Part shown: positions 46,541 through 54,076 of the stretch, in pieces
How positions within the stretch are numbered: position 1 is the first letter of the stretch
Layout: the number at the start of each line of letters is the position of its first letter
Assembly: GCA_963824455.1 (NCBI GenBank)
Contig: CAWGPJ010000002.1
Location: 144,664 to 208,663, forward strand
Origin: an uncultured Thermoleophilia bacterium
Lineage (GTDB): Bacteria; Actinomycetota; Thermoleophilia; Gaiellales; Gaiellaceae
Length of the DNA: 64,000 nt
Direction: 5' to 3'
Program-made: the position numbers and the translations under genes
The notes under the pieces: model-generated
Seen by the model: the letters and a program-made list of their open reading frames with translations, nothing else
The model's database searches: none
Told to the model about the DNA's origin: nothing

Positions 46541-46576
46541 CTGACAACACCGAACAGCCTAGTATGAGGCAGCCAG

Positions 46577-46649
46577 GCCGGAGTAGCTCAGCTGGTAGAG
46601 CATTCCCCTTGTAAGGGAAGGGCCGAGGGTTCGAGTCCCTCCTCCGGCT
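46577..46649 (+). tRNA. tRNA-Thr (anticodon TGT)
   Basis: Hand-folded cloverleaf. Acceptor stem GCCGGAG/CTCCGGC, D arm GCTC-AGCTGGTA-GAGC, anticodon arm TTCCC-CTTGTAA-GGGAA, T arm GAGGG-TTCGAGT-CCCTC, discriminator T. CCA is not encoded. Confidence 0.92.
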
Positions 46650-46858
46650 CTCTCTCCTCCTTGCAAGAACTGCGCTCGTCAACGCGGACCGCTACCCGGC
46701 CTGCATCCCGAACGGAGACGGCTGTCCCCCCGGCATCCGCCTGCTGGCACGGTGGATCGCGGCGCACGTGCTCCCTAGCGTGGAGACCCAGAACGCCGGA
46801 ACGGGGGTCGATCAAGGACCCACCCTCGGCAGGCAAGACGACAGAGGAGGAAGTCTGG

Positions 46859-47467
46859 ATGATCAAGGCCATCTTCCACAGACGCAGGATCGCCGTGTTG
46901 CTCACGGTGCTCGGCGCCGTGGGCGCCATTGCCGCATTCACGACCGCGACGGCATCGGCCCACGGCCACACGTACGGCCGCACGATCGAAGGCAACTTCT
47001 GTCTGAAGCAGCATCTGTTCTGCATGAGCGCCGGACTCGACGGGCAGACGCCGGCCGAGGGCTACGGCGTCGACGGCAATGCAGGCGCGTGCGTGCCGCC
47101 TGCACAGGCCACCACCGACCCTCCGGCCGGGCCCCAGTACTGTGTTCCGAGCGAAACCGGCTTTCTCAGGCTCAGGCCGGGGACGTACTGGATCGCCGTC
47201 AACGACGACCAGAACAACCACAACTTCTCCCTGAGAAGCTGTCCACGGTCGATGTTGCCTTGCACGGCTTCGAACCCGGACGAGACCTCGGAGCAGCCGA
47301 TCACGGACATCGCCTCGGTCTACACGGCTCCTGTGACGATCAAGGTCAATCTGAAGCCCGGCTGGTACAGGCTCTTCTGCGACTCCGACATGCCCGTCGT
47401 CCACGAGAAGGCGGGGATGTACGTCGACCTCGAAGTCGTCGGTGTCCTCGGGCTGCTGGGCGGCTGA
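46859..47467 (+). CDS. secreted cupredoxin-like (type-1 copper) protein
   Basis: Strong Shine-Dalgarno GAGGAGGAAG and a signal peptide (HRRRIAVLLTVLGAVGAIAAFTTATASA). Candidate copper ligands are NHNF and FCDSDMPVVHEKAGM (His / Cys-x7-His-x4-Met). GC is lower than in the flanks. Confidence 0.6.
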   Translation: MIKAIFHRRRIAVLLTVLGAVGAIAAFTTATASAHGHTYGRTIEGNFCLKQHLFCMSAGLDGQTPAEGYGVDGNAGACVPPAQATTDPPAGPQYCVPSETGFLRLRPGTYWIAVNDDQNNHNFSLRSCPRSMLPCTASNPDETSEQPITDIASVYTAPVTIKVNLKPGWYRLFCDSDMPVVHEKAGMYVDLEVVGVLGLLGG

Positions 47468-47480
47468 TCGCGATTCGGTC

Positions 47481-47528
47481 GACGCGGCGCTCGAGCAAGA
47501 TCTGCGTCTCGCTCGAGCGCCGCGCGTC
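47481..47528. terminator. stem-loop between convergent cupredoxin and PLP-enzyme genes
   Basis: GACGCGGCGCTCGAGC (47481-47496) pairs with GCTCGAGCGC-CG-CGCGTC (47511-47528), giving a 16-bp stem with a 2-nt bulge and a 14-nt loop. Confidence 0.5.
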
Positions 47529-47543
47529 CGGCCGGTCCCGCAG

Positions 47544-48504
47544 CTAGGCGTTCGCGAGGGCCTGCTCGAGGTCGGCCCAGAGCACGTCGACGTCCTCGAG
47601 GCCGACCGACAGGCGGAGGAGGCCGACCGGGATGCGGTCGCCCTCCCAGCGGTGCCGGCTCTCCATCGACGAGCGGACGCCGCCGAGGCTCGTCTGGTTC
47701 GCGATCACCCGGGTCGCCGTCTCGACGGGGATCGGGTCGCCGGCGACGTCGAACGAGATCAGCCCGCCGAAGCCCGGGTAGCGGACGAGCTCGACCGCCG
47801 GATGCCGCTCGAGGCGCGCCGCCAGCTCACGCGCGGTGGCGGTGTGCCGGTGCATGCGCAGCTCGAGCGTCTGCAGGCCGCGGAGCAGCGAGGCCGCGGA
47901 GTCCGGCGAGGCGCTGAGCCCACAGCGCGTCCGGACCTCGCGGAACCGTGCGGCCAGCCCTTCGTCCCGCGTCACCAGGGCGCCGAGCAGCGCGTCGTGG
48001 TGCCCCGTCAGGAACTTGGTCGCCGAGTGGAGTGCGACGTCGGCGCCCTCGTCGAGCGAGCGCAGGTAGACAGGCGTCGACGCCGTCGCGTCGCAGACCT
48101 TCACGCCGCGGTGGGCACGCACCGCGGCCCAGTCGGGGACCGAGAGCAGCGGGTTCGCCGGCGATTCGACCCACACGATGTCGGCGTTCCCGGGGGGCTC
48201 TCCGGTCTGATCGAACTCCGCGACCTCGAGACCCCAGCGGGCGAACTCCGAGAACGCGCACCGACGTGCCGAAGTACGCACCCTGCGCGATCGCGAGCCT
48301 CGTGCCCGGCTGCGCGAGGGCGAGCACGCAGGCGGTGACGGCGGCGGTCCCGGACCCGAACAGGACGGCCTCGCCTCCCTCGAGCGCGCCGAGCGCCGCC
48401 TCCGCTGCGGCGCCCGTCGGGTGCCCGTAGCGCTGGTAGACGAACTCCCGCGGCCGGCCCCGCTCGTCGTAGGGCCAGACGGTGGAGTGGTCGATCGGCT
48501 GCAC
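47544..48504 (-). pseudogene. Cys/Met-metabolism PLP enzyme (cystathionine gamma-synthase/lyase family) with an apparent 1-nt frameshift near 48255-48262
   Basis: The N-terminal part (YQRYGHPTGAAAEAALGALEGGEAVLFGSGTAAV...GAYFGTSV) lies in track ORF 47827..48504. The C-terminal part (FSEFARWGLEV...HSATKFLTGHHDAL...SLGGVRS) lies in another frame. The total length is 3n+1. Confidence 0.7.
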
Positions 48505-48514
48505 GCGCCCGACT

Positions 48515-49696
48515 CTACGTCAGCTCCGAGACGCGCTCGACGAGGCGGTCGAGCTCCTCGTCGGTGTTGAAGTAGTGCACCGAGGCGCGGACGAGCTCCT
48601 CGATCCCGCGCGCATCGAGGTCGAGCCGCGCCGCCGAGGCGTCGGTCACCGACACGTTCATCCGGTGGGCTGCGAGCGCCGCACGGACGTCGTCCGCCCG
48701 GCGTCCGCGCACGGAGAACGTCACGATCGCGCCGAGCGTCTCTCCCCGGTCGGCGACGGTGACGCCGGGCAGGTCGCAGAGCGCCGCGCGAAGGCGGGCG
48801 GCCAGCATCCGGACGCGCTCCCAGGTCGCGTCGATCCCGACCGTCGCTGCGTACTGGGCTGCGACCCCGAGCCCGACCTTGCCCGCCACGTACGTCTCCC
48901 AGTTCTCGAAGCGGCGTGCGTCGTCCCTGATCGCGTAGCTCCCGTCCCGCTGCCACTCCGCCGCGTGCATGTCGAGGAACGGCGGCTCGAGGTCCGCGAT
49001 CAGATCGCGCCGGACGTAGAGGAACCCGGTGCCGCGTGGCCCGCGCAGGAACTTGCGCCCGGTCGCGGAGAGCATGTCGCAGCCGATCTCGCGCACGTCG
49101 ACCGGCAGCTGGCCGACGGACTGGCAGGCGTCGAGCAGGAACGGGACGCCTGCGGCCCGCGTCACCTTCCCGACGGCGGCCGCCGGGTTGACGAGACCGC
49201 TCTGGGTCGGGACGTGCACCAGCGACACGAGCTTCACGCGATCGTCGATCATCCGCTCGAGCGCCGCCGGATCGAACTGTCCGTGCTCGTCGTCGGGAAC
49301 GACCTCGACGACTGCCCCGGTGCGCTCGGCCACCTGGCGCAGCGCGATCCAGTTCGACGCGTACTCGGCCCGTCCGGTGAGGACGCGGTCGCCGGGCGCG
49401 AGCCGGAACGCGTAGAACGCCATGTCCCACGCGCGCGTCGCGTTCTCGATCACCGCGATCTCGTCACGGCGGGCTCCGATCAGGCTCGCGAGCGCGTCGT
49501 AACAGTGCTCGAGCCGGTCGATGCGCTCCGCGGCGGCCTCGTAGCCGCCGATCTCGGCTTCCCGGCGCAGGTGGTCGACGACGGCGTCGAGCACGGCTGC
49601 GGGCGGCAGCGACGAGCCGGCGTTGTTGAGGTGCGTGACCGTCGCGCAGCCCGGCGTCTCGGCACGCAGGCGGCCGATGTCGAGCGGCGCCGACAC
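48515..49696 (-). CDS. class V aminotransferase-fold PLP enzyme (cysteine desulfurase/SufS-like)
   Basis: HLNNAGSSLPP, SLVHVPTQSGLVNP, LLDACQSVGQLPVDV, SATGRKFLRGPRGTGFLY. Confidence 0.85.
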   Translation of the reverse strand: MSAPLDIGRLRAETPGCATVTHLNNAGSSLPPAAVLDAVVDHLRREAEIGGYEAAAERIDRLEHCYDALASLIGARRDEIAVIENATRAWDMAFYAFRLAPGDRVLTGRAEYASNWIALRQVAERTGAVVEVVPDDEHGQFDPAALERMIDDRVKLVSLVHVPTQSGLVNPAAAVGKVTRAAGVPFLLDACQSVGQLPVDVREIGCDMLSATGRKFLRGPRGTGFLYVRRDLIADLEPPFLDMHAAEWQRDGSYAIRDDARRFENWETYVAGKVGLGVAAQYAATVGIDATWERVRMLAARLRAALCDLPGVTVADRGETLGAIVTFSVRGRRADDVRAALAAHRMNVSVTDASAARLDLDARGIEELVRASVHYFNTDEELDRLVERVSELT

Positions 49697-49735
49697 GCCG
49701 CGACTCTAGATGCTCGCTGCGCATAGGCTCCGCCC

Positions 49736-51316
49736 ATGGCGGAGCCGACGAACCCCGGTGTGCATTCCACGACGCGGGAGAAGCTGGCGTGGATGCGCGA
49801 GCTGCGCGACGAGGCGTTGCACGCTGGCGGGGAGCGGTCGGTGGAGCGTCAGCGCGAGGCGGGGAAGCTGTTGGCGCGGGAGCGTGCGATCCGCCTGCTG
49901 GACGAGGGGTCGTTCGTGGAGCTCGACCGGTACGTGCGGCACCGCGAGGCGAACTTCGGGATGCTGGAGCGGCGGCCCTACGGTGACGCGGTGGTGACCG
50001 GGTACGGGACGATCTTCGGCCGCCGCGTGTTCGTGTTCAGCCAGGACTTCACGATCTTCGGCGGATCGTTGTCGGAGGTGTTCGCGGAGAAGATCTGCAA
50101 GGTGATGGACCTCGCGGCGAATTACGGCTGCCCGGTGATCGGGATCAACGACTCGGGCGGCGCACGGATCCAGGAGGGCGTCGTGTCGCTGGCGGGTTAC
50201 GCGGAGATCTTCTGGCGCAACGTGCAGGCATCGGGGGTGATCCCGCAGATCTCGCTGGTCATGGGGCCGTGCGCCGGCGGGGCGGTCTACTCGCCGGCGA
50301 TGACGGACTTCGTGCTGATGGTCGAGGGGAGCTCGTACATGTTCATCACCGGGCCCGACGTGGTGAAGACGGTGACCGGGGAAGAGGTGACGTTCGAGGA
50401 GCTGGGCGGCGCGGCGGCGCATGCGTCGAAGTCGGGGGTCGCGCATCTGACGGCCGCGAGCGAGGAGGCTGCGCTCGAGGACGCGCGCTACCTGCTCAGC
50501 TTCCTGCCGCAGTCGAACGCGCATCCGACGCCTTTCGATCCGCCGTCCGACCCGGTCGATCGCGAGGCGCCGGAGCTGGACGAGCTGATCCCCGACGAGC
50601 CGACGAAGCCGTACGACATGAAGGACGTGATCGCCGCGGTGGTCGACGACGCCGAGTTCCTCGAGCTGCAGCCGCAGTACGCGCAGAACATCGTCTGCGG
50701 GTTCGCCCGGCTCGGCGGCTACAGCGTCGGGGTCGTCGGCAACCAGCCGAAGCAGCTGGCGGGCGTGCTCGACATCGGCTCGTCGGAGAAGGCGGCCCGG
50801 TTCGTGCGGACCTGCGACGCGTTCAACATCCCGCTGGTCACGTTCGTCGACGTGCCGGGATTCCTGCCGGGGACGGCGCAGGAGTGGGGCGGGATCATCC
50901 GCCACGGCGCGAAGCTCCTCTACGCCTACTGCGAGGCGACGGTACCGAAGCTGACCGTGATCACGCGCAAGGCCTACGGCGGCGCGTACGACGTGATGAG
51001 CTCGAAGCACGTCCGGGCCGACTTCAACTTCGCGTGGCCGACCGCGGAGGTGGCCGTCATGGGCCCCGACGGCGCCGTCAACATCATCTTCCGCACCGAG
51101 CTCGCTGCCGCCGACGACCCAGACCGGCGGCGCACCGAGCTGATCGCCGAGTACCGCGAGCGGTTCGCCAACCCGTACACGGCGGCGGAACGCGGCTACG
51201 TCGACGACGTGATCGAGCCCCGGCGCACCCGTCCCGTCCTGATCGACGCGCTGAAGACCGCGCTCACCAAGCGCGAGCGCCGCCCGCCGCGCAAGCACGG
51301 CAACATCCCGCTGTAG
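49736..51316 (+). CDS. pccB: acyl-CoA (propionyl-CoA) carboxylase, carboxyltransferase beta subunit
   Basis: [18 protein letters not shown]-type N-terminus, [38 protein letters not shown]. Confidence 0.93.
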   Translation: MAEPTNPGVHSTTREKLAWMRELRDEALHAGGERSVERQREAGKLLARERAIRLLDEGSFVELDRYVRHREANFGMLERRPYGDAVVTGYGTIFGRRVFVFSQDFTIFGGSLSEVFAEKICKVMDLAANYGCPVIGINDSGGARIQEGVVSLAGYAEIFWRNVQASGVIPQISLVMGPCAGGAVYSPAMTDFVLMVEGSSYMFITGPDVVKTVTGEEVTFEELGGAAAHASKSGVAHLTAASEEAALEDARYLLSFLPQSNAHPTPFDPPSDPVDREAPELDELIPDEPTKPYDMKDVIAAVVDDAEFLELQPQYAQNIVCGFARLGGYSVGVVGNQPKQLAGVLDIGSSEKAARFVRTCDAFNIPLVTFVDVPGFLPGTAQEWGGIIRHGAKLLYAYCEATVPKLTVITRKAYGGAYDVMSSKHVRADFNFAWPTAEVAVMGPDGAVNIIFRTELAAADDPDRRRTELIAEYRERFANPYTAAERGYVDDVIEPRRTRPVLIDALKTALTKRERRPPRKHGNIPL

Positions 51317-51326
51317 ACGGCGGGCT

Positions 51327-53117
51327 CTACGAGGATGCGCCGACGAGCGCCTCGGGCTGCGCGGTCGCGAGAAACGCATCCACGACCTCGGGATCGAACT
51401 GCGTGCCTGAGCAACGCTCGAGCTCGCGGATCGCGTCGTCCCGCAGCAGGGCGGGCCGATAGGGGCGCGTCGACGTCATCGCGTCGAATGCGTCGGCGAC
51501 GAAGACGATGCGGGAGCCGAGCGGGATCGCCTCGCCGATCAGGCCCTCGGGGTAGCCCCTGCCGTCCCAGCGTTCGCTCTGGTGGAGGATCCAGTCGGCG
51601 ATCGGCTCGACGCCCAGGCTCGCGAGCATCCGGTAGCCGATCTGGGGGTGGCGCTGCAGCAGGCGGCGCTCCTCGCGGCTGAGCGGGCCGCGCTTGCGCA
51701 GGAGCTCCTCGGGGATCGCCAGCTTGCCGAGGTCGTGGAGACTGCCCGCGAGCCGTGTCAGCTCGACCTGGTCCTCGGGCAGGCCGAGCTGCTCGGCGAT
51801 CCGCCCAGCGAACAGCGCCACACGGTCGGAGTGGTTGCCCGAGTCGGCGTGGCGGGCGTCGACGACGCGTGCCAGTGACGCGGCGGCGCGGATCCGCGCG
51901 GCCTGGTCGCTCACGCCGCCGAGCGCAGCGAGGTTCGCCACGTCCCGCGCCGGTCGCACCTGGTTCTTGCCCTGCTCCTTGGCCCAGTAGAGCGCGCCGT
52001 CCGCCAAGCGGATCAGCGCGTCCCGGTCGCGGCCGTGCTGCGGGAACGTCGCGACGCCGGCGCTCACCGTCAGCCCGCCGCCCGGGCTCACGTCGGCGGC
52101 GCCGAGTCGTGTGACGATCGACTGGGCCGTCGCCAGCGCGAGCGGCTCACCGACGGCCGGCAGGAGCAACGCGAACTCGTCACCGCCGAGGCGGAACGCC
52201 TCACCGTCCGAGCGGAGGCGCGCAGCGACCTTCGACAGCACCCCGTCTCCCGCCGGGTGACCGAACTGGTCGTTGATCGTCTTGAAGTCGTCGAGATCGA
52301 GCAGGCAGAGCGAGAGCGTCGTCGCCTGTTCGCGTGCGGCCGCGAGCGCCTGCTCGAAGCGCTCGTGGAAGTGCCGGTGGTTGCCGAGGCCGGTGAGCGG
52401 GTCGGTGAGCGACAGCCGAACCGCGCTCAGCGCCCGGTGGCTCGAACGCTGGTAGAGCGAGATCGCCGCGAGCGGCCCGGCGAGCGCAGCGAACAGGTAC
52501 GGCGTCCGCTGCCACAGCACGACGAGCATGAGCGCCGTCGACGCCATCAGGGCGAAGGGGAGGATCGTCCAGTGCACGTTCGAGCGGATCAGCCGCGCGT
52601 ACCCGAGCTCCGAGCCCGACGCCGACATCGCGGCGGTGACGAGCAGGAGGTTGACGGCGTACAGCACGGTCGCTGTGAGCGTGACCTCGAGCAGGACCGG
52701 TGCCGCGCCCGTACCGTGCACGAAGGCCAGCATCGAGCCGGCCAGCGTCCCCGCGATCCCGAACACGCCCGCGTTGTAGGTGGTGCGGATCAGCGGCTTG
52801 TGATCGAGCAGCGCGGTCACCGTCGGCGCCGTCGCGTAGACGAACGTCGCCGCGGCCCAGCCGAACAGCACGAGCGCCGCGACGGCGAACACGAACCCGA
52901 GCGAGACCCCATTCGCGTCGGCGCCCTCGACCGGCACCGGGAAGCGCTCGGCGAGCATCGACGCTGCCAGGAAGGCCGTGACGCCGACGAGCGTCGTGGC
53001 CGACGGTTCGCTGTGCACGAACCACGCCGTGGCCACCAGGTAGAGCCCGATCCCGACCACCGAGACGGGGATCACGACGGCGAGCAGCCTCGCAGGGGTG
53101 CGGGCGGCCCGGGTCAT
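51327..53117 (-). CDS. membrane-anchored GGDEF diguanylate cyclase fused to an HD-GYP phosphodiesterase domain
   Basis: About 7-8 N-terminal TM helices, then DPLTGLGNHRHF...DLDDFKTINDQFGHPAGD...RLGGDEFALLL (GGDEF). The HD-GYP part is HDLGKLAIP...HQSERWDGRGYPEGL. Confidence 0.9.
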   Translation of the reverse strand: MTRAARTPARLLAVVIPVSVVGIGLYLVATAWFVHSEPSATTLVGVTAFLAASMLAERFPVPVEGADANGVSLGFVFAVAALVLFGWAAATFVYATAPTVTALLDHKPLIRTTYNAGVFGIAGTLAGSMLAFVHGTGAAPVLLEVTLTATVLYAVNLLLVTAAMSASGSELGYARLIRSNVHWTILPFALMASTALMLVVLWQRTPYLFAALAGPLAAISLYQRSSHRALSAVRLSLTDPLTGLGNHRHFHERFEQALAAAREQATTLSLCLLDLDDFKTINDQFGHPAGDGVLSKVAARLRSDGEAFRLGGDEFALLLPAVGEPLALATAQSIVTRLGAADVSPGGGLTVSAGVATFPQHGRDRDALIRLADGALYWAKEQGKNQVRPARDVANLAALGGVSDQAARIRAAASLARVVDARHADSGNHSDRVALFAGRIAEQLGLPEDQVELTRLAGSLHDLGKLAIPEELLRKRGPLSREERRLLQRHPQIGYRMLASLGVEPIADWILHQSERWDGRGYPEGLIGEAIPLGSRIVFVADAFDAMTSTRPYRPALLRDDAIRELERCSGTQFDPEVVDAFLATAQPEALVGASS

Positions 53118-53133
53118 GCGGAGTGGAGGCCGC

Positions 53134-53238
53134 TTACCAGGTGAAGTTGAGTGGGTCGCACGATGCGATGCCGAGGACCGCGGCGAGGACGATCAGCACG
53201 ATCACCACGACCACGAGCTTGGCGTTCCACTTGAGCAT
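53134..53238 (-). CDS. 34-aa micro-ORF with a lipoprotein-like signal (not in the ORF track)
   Basis: MLKWNAKLVVVVIVLIVLAAVLGIASCDPLNFTW has a basic n-region, a hydrophobic core and a lipobox-like IAS|C. A GGAAGGA Shine-Dalgarno lies about 8 nt upstream. The ORF ends 17 nt before the GGDEF/HD-GYP start. Confidence 0.4.
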   Translation of the reverse strand: MLKWNAKLVVVVIVLIVLAAVLGIASCDPLNFTW

Positions 53239-53355
53239 TGGCGGAGTCCTTCCTGGCAGTTGCCGCATCGCGATCGATTGTGGCCCTGAAGGCGCCGCGC
53301 GGACATCACCCGGACGGGGGAACGGTGGTCACACCGGGCTGAATCCCTCGAACGG

Positions 53356-53529
53356 GTGAGAGCGGTCGCGTACGCTCCCGGCGTGGAGCTGGAGCTCGAC
53401 CCCGCACAGCCCTCCGACGTCGCCCGCGCCGTCGGCGAGCTGCTCCGCGCCTCGGGCGACCCGGCCGATCCGTGGTGGCAGGCGGGCCTCGACGAGCTGC
53501 TCGAGCCGGCGGGGCCCGACGGCTTTTAG
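53356..53529 (+). CDS. possible 57-aa acidic small protein (not in the ORF track)
   Basis: GTG...TAG frame with almost all G/C at third codon positions (VRAVAYAPGVELELDPAQPSDVARAVGELL...). No recognisable motif. Confidence 0.3.
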   Translation: MRAVAYAPGVELELDPAQPSDVARAVGELLRASGDPADPWWQAGLDELLEPAGPDGF

Positions 53530-54071
53530 GACGCGGCGGCGCGCTCGCGGAAGAGGCGCGGTGCGGCGCGGGCGTAGTCGAGGCCGGACACCCACGTCAG
53601 CACGAGTGCGATCAGGAGCACCCACCACGACACGTCGGTGCTCCAGACGCCAGCGGCGGCGAGGCCGCCGACCGCGGCGGCAACCGCCTGGGCCCAGGTC
53701 TTCAGCTTGCCGAGGTCGCGCGCCGCGATCACGATCCCGCGCTCGACGGCAGCCTGCCGGAGCCCGGTGACCAGGAGCTCGCGCGCCACGATGGCGGCCA
53801 CCATCCACGCGGGGAAGACGTGCTGGCCGAGCAGCACGATCAGCGTCGAGAGCACGAGCAGCTTGTCCGCCACTGGGTCGAGCAGCGATCCGAACCGCGA
53901 GGTGCGCCCGGACCGGCGGGCGATCCGCCCGTCGAACCAGTCCGTGGCCATCGCGGCACAGAAGACGGCCGTCCCCCAGTAGTCGTGGCCGGTGAACGGG
54001 ATCGCGAACAGGGCGACGACGAGCGGCACGGCGAGCGCCCGCGCGATGGTCAGCTGGTCGGCGAAGCTCAT
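53526..54071 (-). CDS. pgsA: CDP-diacylglycerol--glycerol-3-phosphate 3-phosphatidyltransferase
   Basis: CDP-alcohol phosphatidyltransferase motif DWFDGRIARRSGRTSRFGSLLDPVADK. The ATG at 54071 is chosen within the longer track ORF. Confidence 0.88.
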   Translation of the reverse strand: MSFADQLTIARALAVPLVVALFAIPFTGHDYWGTAVFCAAMATDWFDGRIARRSGRTSRFGSLLDPVADKLLVLSTLIVLLGQHVFPAWMVAAIVARELLVTGLRQAAVERGIVIAARDLGKLKTWAQAVAAAVGGLAAAGVWSTDVSWWVLLIALVLTWVSGLDYARAAPRLFRERAAAS

Positions 54072-54076
54072 CCGCA

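Noticed and set aside
46070-47467. A classical tRNA-linked genomic island or prophage remnant at tRNA-Thr.
   Set aside because: I could find no integrase, no direct repeat of the tRNA 3' end and no phage genes. Only two lower-GC genes flank the tRNA, so I describe it as a small compositional islet only.
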